NCBI GenBank assembly: GCA_040767085.1
Contig: JAXGPF010000008.1
Coordinates: forward strand, 128,001-192,000
DNA: 64,000 bases
DNA from: Kiritimatiellia bacterium
GTDB lineage: Bacteria > Verrucomicrobiota > Kiritimatiellia > JAAZAB01
Reading direction: 5' to 3'
In this document: positions 29,657 to 40,349 of the stretch, one piece after another
How the letters are laid out: the number at the start of each line of letters is the position of its first letter
Position numbering within the stretch: position 1 is the stretch's first letter
Position numbers and translations under genes: made by a program
The notes under the pieces: generated by a model
Database searches by the model: none
Seen by the model: only the letters and a program-made list of their open reading frames with translations
Told to the model about the DNA's origin: nothing

Positions 29657-31377
29657 CAGGGTTCCGTCCAGACCGTGACGCTTTCCCAGCCGTCCGCCGT
29701 AGCCGCGCTGTAAGAAAGCAGCGGCCCGAAAAAAGCGGCGATTTTGTCCGCCGGCGGCATGCGGTCAAAATTCAGCATGGCGCAAGCTCCGGAGCGAACC
29801 TGTTTTTTGGCGTTCCACTGCTCGCAATGCCGGCGGATTTCCCGCCATTGGGGGCCGGCCAGGTAGGCGCGGATGGCGGCGGCCAGGTTCAGCATTTCAT
29901 AAGAGCAAGCCTGGGTTGGCTTGAGGCGCAGCAAGGCCTGGTAGCCGGCGCTGCCGTAAAACTCCGCGGCGGCGCCCGGGGCATCGGCGGCGCGCAGCGC
30001 GGCCCGCACCATGGCGTCATCGCCGCACACCAGGAATTGCCCGGCCACGGCCAGGCTCCAGGCGTTGGACCCGGCGGCGGCCGGCGTGATGGTATAGAGG
30101 GGACGCCCGCGGAAATCCGCGGCCTGGAGGCGTTCGCCCAGTTGCATGCGCAGCGGCGCGGCATCCGCCAGCAGGCGCCCCAGCGCGGCGGCGGCCTCCG
30201 CGGGCTGCTTGAGTTGCCAGTACAACAGCATGCGGCTCTCGCCGCCTTCCATGCGGCTGCAGGTGGCGTATCCGCTTTCCAGGTGCCGGATGACATCGTT
30301 GGACAAATCCACGCCGAAAGACTGCTGCAGCATGCCCTGGAACATCATCTGGGACGCGGCCAGCGCCGGATTGATCTGGCTGAGCATCCCCGGCAGCGCT
30401 TCCCAGAAAGCCGCCAGGTTCAGCCGGTTGGCGCTGTAGGCGAAGGCATCCGCCGGGATGTATGGCAGGCGCCAATCCGCGGGCAGCGGCGCGGGGTCCA
30501 GCAGCGTCCAGATGCCCTGGCGGCAGCCGCGGTTTTGAATGCGCACGGCCGTGCGCAACTGGCGGTCCTGCTCGGCGATGGAAAACGTCACCTCCTGCAG
30601 TTCGGAGATTTTCAAGGCATTGATCAAGTCGCCGGGCTGGAAAAGCGGAGGGGTATTGGTGGCGGCCGCGGCGGCTGGCCGCCGCGGCCTGGGCGCGAGC
30701 GCTTTTTCAATGAGCGCGCGGATGCCGTCGCCAGACACCCGGGCGTGCAGCAGGTAGGCGGCCGCCGCGCCGGACGGCGGCCGGGCCTGGAGCCGGCTGA
30801 TGCTTTTTTCCATCCAGGCGCGGTCGTTGGAGTACAGGAAGGTGTCGTTCACCAGCGCCTGCCAGGTGATGTTGGTGGCATGGCGGGCCGACACGCGGGT
30901 GGCGCGCAGCAGCTCCACGCCTTGAAAATTCTCGCGGACCAGCGCCATGGCCTCCGGCAGCAACCGGTTGATGCGCTGGTCCAACTCCTGCAACCTGGCA
31001 TATTGCGGCGCCGCCAGTTGCGCCGCCAGGCAGATCCCGGGGATTGTCCCCTGCGTCAGCCCGAGGGCCGCTTCGCCCTGCAACAGTTGCATCTGCTCCC
31101 GCTGCAAGTGCCGTACTTCCTCCCGCGCCGGCGCGGGCGCGTCGCGATGCGGCAGCCAGCGGGCGGGATCGGGATGTCCTAAAAATTCCTGGATCGCCGG
31201 GTCGCGCCAGCAGCGTCCCGGCGGCGATGCCGCCAGCGCGGCGCACAGGTTGGAAATGTTGGGCGCATGCAGTTGGATGGCGCTGTCGCCCGGCAGCAGT
31301 TCCAGGCGGGCGGCGGCGGGGAGCGCCAAGGCGGCCAGCGCGGCGGCGGCCAGCGGCAACAGGCGTGATGGTTTCAT
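29656..31377 (-). CDS. Secreted hypothetical protein (DUF3352-like, tentative)
   Basis: Signal peptide; long ORF translationally coupled to both neighbours. Confidence 0.7.
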   Translation of the reverse strand: MKPSRLLPLAAAALAALALPAAARLELLPGDSAIQLHAPNISNLCAALAASPPGRCWRDPAIQEFLGHPDPARWLPHRDAPAPAREEVRHLQREQMQLLQGEAALGLTQGTIPGICLAAQLAAPQYARLQELDQRINRLLPEAMALVRENFQGVELLRATRVSARHATNITWQALVNDTFLYSNDRAWMEKSISRLQARPPSGAAAAYLLHARVSGDGIRALIEKALAPRPRRPAAAAATNTPPLFQPGDLINALKISELQEVTFSIAEQDRQLRTAVRIQNRGCRQGIWTLLDPAPLPADWRLPYIPADAFAYSANRLNLAAFWEALPGMLSQINPALAASQMMFQGMLQQSFGVDLSNDVIRHLESGYATCSRMEGGESRMLLYWQLKQPAEAAAALGRLLADAAPLRMQLGERLQAADFRGRPLYTITPAAAGSNAWSLAVAGQFLVCGDDAMVRAALRAADAPGAAAEFYGSAGYQALLRLKPTQACSYEMLNLAAAIRAYLAGPQWREIRRHCEQWNAKKQVRSGACAMLNFDRMPPADKIAAFFGPLLSYSAATADGWESVTVWTEP

Positions 31378-32369
31378 GGTTCCTCCGTATGGGTTGCTGG
31401 GGGTGTGTTTGCCGCGCGGCGCGGCGGGTCAAGATACAGGAATCCCGATTCGGCATTGGATTCGTCGAAGGCATAATCATCCAAATGCTCCAGCAGGAAG
31501 CGGGCATGGCGCACCGGGATGGCGAAGTTGAGCCCCTGCCGGATGGGAATCTGCATGTTGATAATGCCAATCACCTGTCCGCGCGCGTTGAACAGCGGTC
31601 CGCCGGAATTGCCCGGATTAACCGGAGCATCCGTTTGCAGAAACAGCAGGCCGTTGATATTCCGGGCCGTTTGACTGATCACGCCCTGGGTGACGGATCG
31701 TTCCAGGCCCAGCGGGTTGCCGATGACGAACACCGCTTCCCCGGGCTGGCTGCGGTCGTGCGGCGCCAGCACGGCCGGGGTAACCGGGGCATCCGCCGCG
31801 ATTCCGCCGATCCGCAGCACGGCCAGGTCATGAAAAGCGTCCACCGCGACAATCGCCACATCCTGGTGCACGATCCGCCGCAGGATTTGCCGGTCCCGCA
31901 CAAAACGGGTCACCACCGCCCGGCGTTCGCCGCGGATGACGTGAAAATTGGTGAGCAGGTAACCCTGCCGGTTGACGAAAAAACCAGACCCCAGCCCGCG
32001 CGGCGTGCGGACGACGGCCACGGCCGGCGCGAACAGCGCCGCCGCCTCGGTGATGGATGCGGCGTCGGTTGCGCCGGCGTGGAAGAAGGCCGCGGGGCCG
32101 CCGGCGTCGGACGCTTCATCCGCGCCGGCCGCGCGCGATTCCAGGATGGCGTTGGCCGGCACCGCCAGGACGTTGTAGCCCAAGTCCAGGAAAAGCGCCT
32201 GATCGTCCTGCTTGATTACCGGCGCCGTGATGACCGCCCCGCCGCGCAGGGTGATGGATGCGACCCGTTGGCTCGGGCCGGCGGCCGCGCCCGCTGCCAA
32301 GGCCAGGAGTCCCAGTCCCGACGCCAGTTTGTTCCGGACGTTTGACAGAGCGAAAACGTGAAATCCCAT
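31374..32369 (-). CDS. Trypsin-like (S1C) serine protease without PDZ
   Basis: GSGFF, TNFHV, DLAVL, IGNPLGL, QTDAPVNPGNSGGPL; start uncertain. Confidence 0.9.
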   Translation of the reverse strand: MGFHVFALSNVRNKLASGLGLLALAAGAAAGPSQRVASITLRGGAVITAPVIKQDDQALFLDLGYNVLAVPANAILESRAAGADEASDAGGPAAFFHAGATDAASITEAAALFAPAVAVVRTPRGLGSGFFVNRQGYLLTNFHVIRGERRAVVTRFVRDRQILRRIVHQDVAIVAVDAFHDLAVLRIGGIAADAPVTPAVLAPHDRSQPGEAVFVIGNPLGLERSVTQGVISQTARNINGLLFLQTDAPVNPGNSGGPLFNARGQVIGIINMQIPIRQGLNFAIPVRHARFLLEHLDDYAFDESNAESGFLYLDPPRRAANTPPATHTEEP

Positions 32370-32553
32370 ACGGCACAGTGTAATGGAAAAACCAGGAAAT
32401 GAAAGCGGAAACATCCAGCCCCGGTAGGCGTCCCTTCCAGCTGGGCGGCCAAACATTTTGATTGACATGGCTGGTCAATAAGTACAGATTAACGCGAATT
32501 GCAGTTGTCAAAACTGGTGCATCCATTGCGCCGACGAAAGGATGGGCGGCCTC

Positions 32554-33915
32554 ATGCAGAAGAATCAAAAACAGCGGAAAAATGCGCGTATCTGGATATT
32601 GTTGATTGGGGCGCTGTGCGCCGGATTGTCCGTTTTGCCGGCGGCGGCCGAGGAGCCGGCGGCCGCTGTTGAGCCGGCCTCTGCCGCCGCGCCAGCCGCT
32701 GCGGCCGCCCTGGAGCCGGCGGCGGCCCCGTCCAACGCCGCCGCCACCGCCACCGCCGCTGCGCCGGCGGCGGAGCAACCCGCCGCCGATCCGGCGGAAG
32801 TGATCGTTACCGTCAACGAACAAAAAGTCACCCGCGGCGATTACACCCGCGAGACCGAAGAAATCGCCCTGATGCTGAAGACCCGCGGCGTGCCCGAATC
32901 CCAGTTTGAGGCCATGATCAAGAATTTCAAGCCTCAGATCGTGGACGGCTTGGTCACCCGGGCGTTGATCAACCAGGCCTGCGCTGACAAAAAGATCACC
33001 GTCAGCGACGAGGACCTGGCCGCTAAAATCGCCGCTTTCGAAAAAAACCTCCCCAAGAATCTGACGCTGGCCGGCGTGCTGAAACAAAGCGGCTTGACGC
33101 GCGAGATGTTCGAAAACGATATGCGGGAGCAGTTGAAACTGGAAAAACTGCTGCAAATCGGCCAGGCGACCGAGGAACAGGTCATCGCTTATTACGAGGA
33201 AAACAAGGCCCGCTTTTTTGAAAAGCCGGAAATGACGCATGCCCGGCACATCCTGATCGCCGTCAAGCCAAATGACACCGACGAGCAAAAAAAGGAGAAG
33301 CGCGCGCGCGCCGAACAACTGCTCAAGCAACTCAAGGAAGAGCAAGTCGACTTCGCCAAGCTGGCGGAGGAAAATTCCGATTGCCCCAGCAAGGCCATGG
33401 GCGGCGATCTCGGGGAATTCTGGCGGGGCCAGATGGACGAGAAGTTCGCAGACGCGGCCTTTGGCATGCAGACCAACGAAATCAGCGGCGTGGTGGAAAC
33501 CCGGTACGGTTACCATATCATCCAAACCCTGGGCCATACCGAGCCGAAAACCCTGGAACTGAATGAAGTGCGCGAACGCATTGTCGAGGCGCTGAAAGGC
33601 CGCGCCATCCAGGAAAAGGCCGAGTCCTTCATGGATGAAATGCGCAAGCAGGCCCAGATTACTTATGCCAAGGATTTTGACCCGGCCCAGAAAACCGAGA
33701 CGGAGCAACCCGCGGGCGAGCCGCGGGCTGAACCGGGCGCCGCCGCGCCGGACGCCTCCAAGCCCGCCGCGGATGCAGCCGCCAGCGCGCCGGCTGGCAC
33801 CGCTGAGCCAAAGACCGCCCCGGCCGATGCCCCTGCAAAAACGGCCGAACCGCCGGCCGAACCGGCCGATGCCCCTGCAAAAACGGCCGAACCGACGGCC
33901 GCCCCGGCCAATTGA
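32554..33915 (+). CDS. PrsA/SurA-like parvulin peptidyl-prolyl isomerase
   Basis: ARHILI, FAKLAEENSDCPS..GGDLG, VETRYGYHII; Ala/Pro-rich termini with PADAPAKTAEP repeated twice. Confidence 0.93.
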   Translation: MQKNQKQRKNARIWILLIGALCAGLSVLPAAAEEPAAAVEPASAAAPAAAAALEPAAAPSNAAATATAAAPAAEQPAADPAEVIVTVNEQKVTRGDYTRETEEIALMLKTRGVPESQFEAMIKNFKPQIVDGLVTRALINQACADKKITVSDEDLAAKIAAFEKNLPKNLTLAGVLKQSGLTREMFENDMREQLKLEKLLQIGQATEEQVIAYYEENKARFFEKPEMTHARHILIAVKPNDTDEQKKEKRARAEQLLKQLKEEQVDFAKLAEENSDCPSKAMGGDLGEFWRGQMDEKFADAAFGMQTNEISGVVETRYGYHIIQTLGHTEPKTLELNEVRERIVEALKGRAIQEKAESFMDEMRKQAQITYAKDFDPAQKTETEQPAGEPRAEPGAAAPDASKPAADAAASAPAGTAEPKTAPADAPAKTAEPPAEPADAPAKTAEPTAAPAN

Positions 33916-34140
33916 ACGCCGGGCGCCGATCAATCGGCGGCTTGTGCCGTGTGGGCGGGACGGCTTTGGCCGCGCCGTGCTCCGGGCGGTCTATGCTTGT
34001 ATGGCCGGCCAGGCCTGGCGGTATCCCACGCTTGCGCAGTCTGGCGCCGGAGGGAATTGGGCCGGGTTGAAACATTCCAAACGTTAGTTTTGAAATTGGC
34101 TCGCAATGGACAATCCACGCTTGATTTTGATCCTGAAATT

Positions 34141-35163
34141 ATGAAACCGGATGAATTGCTGGAGTTGAAGGCGCAGGCGCTGCGGGAGATCGGCCAGGCC
34201 GGCGCGCCGGAACCATTGGAGGCTTTGCGCGTCAAATACCTGGGCCGCAAAGGGTTGCTCGCCGGCATCATGCAGGCGCTCAAATCCGCCGGTCCCGATG
34301 AACGTCCGCAACTGGGGCGCCTGGCCAACGAGTATAAAACGGAAGTGGCGGCAGCCTTGGAACAACGCCGCAGCGCCTTGCAGGCGCCGGCCGCGCCCGG
34401 CGGCGCGGAACGCTTCGATTGGACCCAACCCGGGTACTGGCCGCGGCCGGGCGCCTGCCATCCCATCAGCATGATCATTGAGGATGCGGTGCGGATTTTC
34501 ACCGCCATGGGCTTTACGGTGGCCGATGGCCCCGACATGGAGACCGATTATTACAATTTCGAAGCCTTGAACACCCCGGCCGATCATCCCGCGCGCGACC
34601 TGCAGGACACGTTCTGGCTGGCGGACGGGCGCCTGCTGCGGTCCCAGACTTCGCCGGTCCAGATTCGGGTGATGGAACGCCAGGCGCCCCCGGTGCGCAT
34701 TATCGCTCCGGGACGCGTTTACCGCCGCGACACCACCGATGCCACGCATAGCGCCAATTTTCACCAGATTGAAGGGTTGTACGTGGACTGCCAGGTGTCG
34801 CTGGCGGACTTGAAGCGCGACATCACCTGCTTTGCGCAGAGCATGATGGGACCCGATGTGCGCGTGCGTTTCCGCCCGCATTTCTTCCCGTTCACCGAAC
34901 CCAGCGTGGAATACGATTTTTCCTGCCATGTCTGCGGCGGCCGCGGTTGCCGCGTCTGCAAGCAAAGCGGCTGGATTGAAATTTCCGGCGCCGGGCTGGT
35001 GCATCCGCGCGTCTTTGAAAAAGTCGGGTACGACCCGGAAACCTTCAGCGGTTACGCTTTCGGCATGGGCGTCGAACGGATCGCCATGATCAAGTACGGC
35101 ATCCGCGATATCCGCGAACTATATGCCAACGATTTGCGTTTTTTGGAGCAGTTCCAGCCATGA
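34141..35163 (+). CDS. pheS: Phenylalanine-tRNA ligase alpha subunit
   Basis: NFEALN..HPAR..QDTF, GRVYRRD..DATH, FPFTEPS, FGMGVER. Confidence 0.98.
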   Translation: MKPDELLELKAQALREIGQAGAPEPLEALRVKYLGRKGLLAGIMQALKSAGPDERPQLGRLANEYKTEVAAALEQRRSALQAPAAPGGAERFDWTQPGYWPRPGACHPISMIIEDAVRIFTAMGFTVADGPDMETDYYNFEALNTPADHPARDLQDTFWLADGRLLRSQTSPVQIRVMERQAPPVRIIAPGRVYRRDTTDATHSANFHQIEGLYVDCQVSLADLKRDITCFAQSMMGPDVRVRFRPHFFPFTEPSVEYDFSCHVCGGRGCRVCKQSGWIEISGAGLVHPRVFEKVGYDPETFSGYAFGMGVERIAMIKYGIRDIRELYANDLRFLEQFQP

Positions 35164-37694
35164 AAGTATCTTTGAATTGGTTGCATGAATTGGTCGCCTT
35201 CGATGCCGCTCCCGGCGCCCTGGCCGAGCGCCTGACATTCGCCGGCCTGGAAGTAGAGGCGGTGGCGGAGTCCGGCACGGACCTGCGGGAGATTGTGGCG
35301 GCTGAAGTGCTGGCCATCAGCCCCCATCCCCGGGCCGACCGGCTGCGGCTCTGCGACGTGGCCGACGGACGGCAAACGGTCCGGGTGGTTTGTGGCGCCG
35401 CTAATTTCGCGGTGGGCGACAAGGTTCCGTTGGCCCGGCCCGGCGCCGTGCTGGCCGGCGGCGTCCGCATCAAGCCGGCGGTGCTGCGGGGCGAAAAGTC
35501 CGACGGCATGCTTTGCGCGGCTGATGAACTGGGAGTCAGCGACGACCACCAGGGCTTGATGCTGTTGCCGCCGGAGACGCCCCCGGGGACGCCGCTGGCT
35601 GAAATCGTCGGCCCGGCCGACCATGTGTTGACCATCGAAGTTACGCCCAACCGTCCGGATTGCATGAGCATGATCGGGATTGCCCGCGAGGTCGCCGCCC
35701 TCTACGGCAGCCGCCTGCAACGGCCGGCCGCGCCCCTGCCGGAGCCGCTGCCGGCGCCTGACGCGGCGTTCCAGGTCGCGGTGGAGGATGCGGCGGATTG
35801 CCCGCGTTACATGGCCTGGCGGCTGGCGGATGTGGCCGTGCGTCCCAGCCCGTGGCGACTGCAGCGGCGGCTGTTTCAAGCCGGGATCCGGCCGATCAAC
35901 AACGTGGTGGATATCACCAATTACGTGATGCTGGAAAGCGGCCAGCCTTTGCATGCCTTTGACCAATCACTGCTGCACGGCGGGCAAATCCGGGTGCGGC
36001 GCGCCCGCGCCGGGGAAACCCTGGTCACGCTCGACGATGTGCCGCGTAAATTGACGCCGGACATGCTGGTGATTGCCGATGCCGAACGGCCGGTGGCGCT
36101 GGCCGGGATCATGGGCGGGGCGGGCAGCGGCATCCAGGATGCCACCCGCGCGGTGGTCCTGGAAAGCGCCTGCTTCCAAAGCGGCCTGATCCGGCGCGCC
36201 AGCCGCGCCCTGGGCCTGACTTCCGAAGCCACGGCCCGGTTTGAGCGCGGCGTGGACGCCCTGCAGACGGACTGGGCGGCCCGGCGCGCGGTCTCGCTGA
36301 TGATCCAGCTGGCCGGCGCGCGGCTGGCGGCCGCCCCGGCGGATGTTTTCCTGCTGGAGCCGAAGTCCCGCAAAATCGAATGCCGTTTCGACCGCCTGCG
36401 GCAACGGCTGGGGCTGGACATATCCGACGACGCCATGACTGCCATCTTCGAGGCGTTGGAATTGCAGGTGCCGGCGCGCGGCCGGAAGAGCTGCACTGTC
36501 TCCGTGCCGCCCTTCCGCCCCGACCTGGAAGGCGAGGCCGACTTGCTGGAAGAGGTCGCCCGTTTGCACGGGCTGGATAAGCTGCCGGCGCCGCCGGCGT
36601 CTGCCCAGTCATCCGCCACGCGGGAGTCGCATGCCCGGGCCATGGCCGTCATGCGGCTGAGGGCCGGCTTGACGGGCATGGGGCTCACGGAAATCATGAA
36701 TTACAGTTTTACCGGATCGCGTTTGCTGGATTTGTGCGATGGCAGTTGCCCGGAAAAACGCGTGCCGATACCCAATCCCGTCAGCGCCGACCACGGCTGG
36801 CTGCGTAATTCGCTGCTGCCGCAGATGGTTGAAACCCTGGGCCAGAATCGCGCCCGCCAGGTCCAGGATGCCGCCTTTTTTGAAATCGGCCGCGTGTTTT
36901 TCGTTCCGGACGCCGCGGCCGCCGCCGGTCATGCTGTTGACCGCCCGCCGGCCGGTCCCGCCGCGGCGGCAGCCCTGCCGGCCGCCGAAATGGATGTGTT
37001 GGCCGTCGGTCTCATGGGCGCCGCCGGCCGGCCGCCGCTGGACCAGCGGCGGCCGGTGGCGGACGAAGAGGCCTGGTTGTGGCTGAAGGGCATCCTGGAA
37101 AACCTGTGCCGGATGATGAAGTTCGATTTGCCGGGCGCCGGCCGGGGACCGTTCCACGCCGCCGCCCTTCGGCTGGCGCCGGCGGAAGAGGCGCCCTCCG
37201 GCTTTGACTGGCCCAACCGCGCCGCGTTCGCACCCGGCCGCGGCTTCGCGGTGCTGCTGGACGGACGGCCGATCGGCCGGGCCGGCTTGATCCGGCCGGG
37301 CTTGCGCCAGGAATGGCGGATCCATGAGCCGTTGGCCGCGGCGGAGCTGGCGGTGGCGCCTTTGCTGGCCCGCCTGGAGGCGGTCTGCGCTCCCCGGACA
37401 CCGCCGGTGTATCCGGCGGTGCAGCGCGACCTGGCCATGCGCGTGCCGCTGGCCTTGACGCATGCCCGCATTCTGGAAGTGATTGAAAAATTAGCGCCGC
37501 CGGAATTGACGGATGTCAAACTTTTTGATATATTCCAAGGCAAGCAGATAGGAGCGGGTTATAAAAGCCTGGCTTATGCGCTGACTTACCGCTCCGGCAG
37601 CAAGACCCTCACGGATGAGGATGTGAATGCAATGCATAACCTCATCCTGGAGGGATTGCGCAGGGAATTGCAGGCGGAAATAAGGATTGGGTAG
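35160..37694 (+). CDS. pheT: Phenylalanine-tRNA ligase beta subunit
   Basis: HPRADRL, VCGA.N, TPNRPD, NNVVDITNY, RFERGVD, C-terminal FDX-ACB. Confidence 0.98.
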   Translation: MKVSLNWLHELVAFDAAPGALAERLTFAGLEVEAVAESGTDLREIVAAEVLAISPHPRADRLRLCDVADGRQTVRVVCGAANFAVGDKVPLARPGAVLAGGVRIKPAVLRGEKSDGMLCAADELGVSDDHQGLMLLPPETPPGTPLAEIVGPADHVLTIEVTPNRPDCMSMIGIAREVAALYGSRLQRPAAPLPEPLPAPDAAFQVAVEDAADCPRYMAWRLADVAVRPSPWRLQRRLFQAGIRPINNVVDITNYVMLESGQPLHAFDQSLLHGGQIRVRRARAGETLVTLDDVPRKLTPDMLVIADAERPVALAGIMGGAGSGIQDATRAVVLESACFQSGLIRRASRALGLTSEATARFERGVDALQTDWAARRAVSLMIQLAGARLAAAPADVFLLEPKSRKIECRFDRLRQRLGLDISDDAMTAIFEALELQVPARGRKSCTVSVPPFRPDLEGEADLLEEVARLHGLDKLPAPPASAQSSATRESHARAMAVMRLRAGLTGMGLTEIMNYSFTGSRLLDLCDGSCPEKRVPIPNPVSADHGWLRNSLLPQMVETLGQNRARQVQDAAFFEIGRVFFVPDAAAAAGHAVDRPPAGPAAAAALPAAEMDVLAVGLMGAAGRPPLDQRRPVADEEAWLWLKGILENLCRMMKFDLPGAGRGPFHAAALRLAPAEEAPSGFDWPNRAAFAPGRGFAVLLDGRPIGRAGLIRPGLRQEWRIHEPLAAAELAVAPLLARLEAVCAPRTPPVYPAVQRDLAMRVPLALTHARILEVIEKLAPPELTDVKLFDIFQGKQIGAGYKSLAYALTYRSGSKTLTDEDVNAMHNLILEGLRRELQAEIRIG

Positions 37695-38026
37695 TTGGCG
37701 GTCGGATGGAAAGGTAGTCAACCGTGCAGGGTTAGTGAATGATCTTCAGCATGGCAAAATTGATAATGTGTTTCTTCTCAGGCGCGCGGGCTTCGCTCTG
37801 CGCGTCTGTTGACGGCGCAAGGCGCCCGTGGCGCGCGCCGGTTTGGCGGTGGGATTCCGGCGGGGCCGGACTGGTGCGCGCGGTCAGGGCCGCGGCGGCG
37901 CTCTGGCGTCCCGGGTTTATCATACAGGATAGCGCCCGGTGTATGTGGCGTTGTCCGCCATGTTGGTTCTTTCACAGTCAATCGGTTCTTGCCGCGCATC
38001 CGTAAGGATGACGCGCCCAAAGATTC

Positions 38027-38204
38027 GAATACCCTGCCTGGTGCGTGGTTGGGCCTGTTTTCTGACCCATTAACAATCCAACGGGGAGCCGGATGCGGTT
38101 GGGGGCTGCATGCCCCGCCCGGGGAAGCAAATCCCAGCCGCTATGGCGCCCACTTGGCTTTATCGGAACAGATAAGGGTTCGTAACGGCCGAGGTGGGGT
38201 ATTC
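38027..38204 (+). ncRNA. ssrS: 6S RNA (probable)
   Basis: Closing stem GAATACCC/GGGTATTC spanning about 178 nt; internal GACCC..GGGAGCC..CGCCCAC..AGGGTTC pattern; pheT...ygfA-rny synteny. Confidence 0.75.
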
Positions 38205-38224
38205 CTTTTTTGGGGGCAGATTCG

Positions 38225-39604
38225 ATGGACCTTTTTGAAACCACTTCCGCGGAAAAGCCGGCCAACGCGCCCCTGGCCGCCCGCATGCGCCCCCGCACCC
38301 TGGATGAAATCTTCGGGCAGGACCACCTGCTGGGGCCGGGCATGCTCCTGCGCCGCGCCGTGGAGTCCGACCGCCTCGGCAGCATCATCCTTTACGGGCC
38401 GCCCGGCTGCGGCAAGACTTCGCTGGCCGAAGTGATCGCCGGCGTTACCCGCCGCCGCTTCGAGCGCATCAGCGGCGTGATCGCCAATGTCAGCGCGCTG
38501 CGGGATATTCTGCAGTCCGCCGCCCAGCGCCGCCGGCGCGACGCCACGGAAACCATTCTTTTTATTGACGAAATCCACCACTTCAACAAGTCGCAGCAGG
38601 ATATCCTGCTGCCTTACGTGGAAGAAGGCGCGGTCACGCTGATCGGCGCCACCACGCACAACCCGTTTTTCTTCATCAACAGTCCGCTCGTCTCCCGCTC
38701 CCAGATTTTCGAACTGCAGGCGCTCAGCGAAGCCGCCATCGGGCAGCTTCTGCGGCGCGCCTTGCAGGACGCCGAACGCGGCTTAGGCGCGCGGCGCATC
38801 CGCGCGGATGACGACGCCCTGGCGCATTTGGGCGTGGTCTGCGAAGGCGACGCCCGCCGCGCGCTGAATGCCCTGGAAATCGCCGCGCTGACCACGCCGC
38901 CGGATGCGGATGGCGCGGTGCATATCAACCGGCGCGCCGCCGAGGATTCCATCCAGAAAAAGGCGGTGCTTTACGACCGCGATGAGGATGGGCATTACGA
39001 CACCATTTCCGCCTTTATCAAGAGCGTGCGCGGCTCCGATCCCCATGCCGCGGTTTACTGGCTGGCCAAAATGCTGGAAGCCGGGGAAGACCCGCGGTTC
39101 ATCGCCCGCCGGCTGATCATCCTGGCCGCCGAGGATATCGGCAATGCCGACCCGCGCGGGCTGCTGGTGGCCAACGCGGCCAAGGAGGCCGTGCTTTTTA
39201 TCGGCATGCCGGAGGCCCGGATCGTGCTCGCCCAGGCCGCGACCTACCTGGCCTGCGCGCCGAAAAGCAATGCTTCCTACATGGCGCTGGAAAAAGCCAT
39301 GCATGACGTCAAGACCGGCCGGGTCTTGCCCGTGCCCAAGCACCTGCGCGGCGCCAGCTACCGCGGCGCCGAAAAACTCGGCCATACCGGCTACCGCTAC
39401 GCCCACGATTTTGAAGGCCACGTGGTGGACCAGGAATACATTCCCACTTCCGCCGTGTATTACACTCCCGGCGACCAGGGTTACGAGGTGAACATCCGGC
39501 AGCAAATGGAACGCTGCGCGGAAATCCGGCGGCGGCAGAAACAGGCGGCGGAAAAAAACAAAAAATCGCCGGAAAAAGGCGGGGAAGCGGCCCCGGAAAC
39601 TTGA
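38225..39604 (+). CDS. rarA: Replication-associated recombination protein A (MgsA)
   Basis: PLAARMRP, GPPGCGKT, FIDEIH.FNK.QQD, SAFIKSVRGSD, EDIGNADP. Confidence 0.97.
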   Translation: MDLFETTSAEKPANAPLAARMRPRTLDEIFGQDHLLGPGMLLRRAVESDRLGSIILYGPPGCGKTSLAEVIAGVTRRRFERISGVIANVSALRDILQSAAQRRRRDATETILFIDEIHHFNKSQQDILLPYVEEGAVTLIGATTHNPFFFINSPLVSRSQIFELQALSEAAIGQLLRRALQDAERGLGARRIRADDDALAHLGVVCEGDARRALNALEIAALTTPPDADGAVHINRRAAEDSIQKKAVLYDRDEDGHYDTISAFIKSVRGSDPHAAVYWLAKMLEAGEDPRFIARRLIILAAEDIGNADPRGLLVANAAKEAVLFIGMPEARIVLAQAATYLACAPKSNASYMALEKAMHDVKTGRVLPVPKHLRGASYRGAEKLGHTGYRYAHDFEGHVVDQEYIPTSAVYYTPGDQGYEVNIRQQMERCAEIRRRQKQAAEKNKKSPEKGGEAAPET

Positions 39605-39676
39605 TCCGGGAGTGGCCGGCAATGGTTATCGGCAGTTGGCGATCAGAATTTATTAGTCGGTAAACAATGATGTGTT

Positions 39677-40336
39677 ATGCCTGGACGGAACAATAATCCA
39701 ACCGCTCAATCCGCTGCCGGCGCTGTGGCGGCGCAGCCGTGTTGCGCATCCGCCCCGACCCCGCCCGGCAAGGCGGGCATCCGCGCCGCCATGCGCCGCC
39801 GCCGCGCGGCGCTTACACCCGCGCAGGTCCGGCAGGCCAGCGCGGCCGCCCAGGCGCGCCTGGCGCAATTGCCGGAGTGGTCCGCCGCCGACGCCGTCTG
39901 CTGCTACCTGGCGGCCCCGGGGGAAATCCAGACCGGCTGGCTGCTGGAAGATTGCCGCCGGCAGGGCCGCCGGGTATGCGTGCCGGCGTTCTGCCGGCGC
40001 CGCCGGGAATATTTTCCCGCTTGGCTGTTGCCGGATGCCGCGCTGGCGCCCGGTTACGGCGGGATTGACGAACCGCGCGATCCGCAGTGGGTGGCGGCCG
40101 GCGAGCGGGTGGACCTGGCGGTGGTGCCCGGGCTGGCGTTCGATCCTGCCGGCATGCGCCTGGGACATGGCGGCGGGCATTACGACCGGCTGCTGGCGCA
40201 GTCCGCCTTGCGCGGGGCTTTCAAGATCGGATTGGCTTTCGGAATGCAGGTGGTGAAAGAATTGCCAGGCTGCCCGTGGGACATTGTTATGGACGCGGTG
40301 GTGACGGAGCTTGGCATGTATCGTAAACAAACATGA
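39677..40336 (+). CDS. 5-formyltetrahydrofolate cyclo-ligase
   Basis: VVPGLAFD..G.RLG.GGG.YDR, WDI.MD.VVTE. Confidence 0.93.
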   Translation: MPGRNNNPTAQSAAGAVAAQPCCASAPTPPGKAGIRAAMRRRRAALTPAQVRQASAAAQARLAQLPEWSAADAVCCYLAAPGEIQTGWLLEDCRRQGRRVCVPAFCRRRREYFPAWLLPDAALAPGYGGIDEPRDPQWVAAGERVDLAVVPGLAFDPAGMRLGHGGGHYDRLLAQSALRGAFKIGLAFGMQVVKELPGCPWDIVMDAVVTELGMYRKQT

Positions 40337-40349
40337 CGGGAGGTTGACA

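Noticed and set aside
32116-33933. Long antisense ORFs (also 810-2063, 22327-23838, 29626-31182, 40287-42134, 62228-63556)
   Set aside because: Shadow frames of well-supported genes, expected in high-GC DNA
33916-34140. T-box/attenuator or N-terminal extension of pheS from 33949
   Set aside because: No T-box consensus or Phe-rich leader; PheS homology starts at 34141
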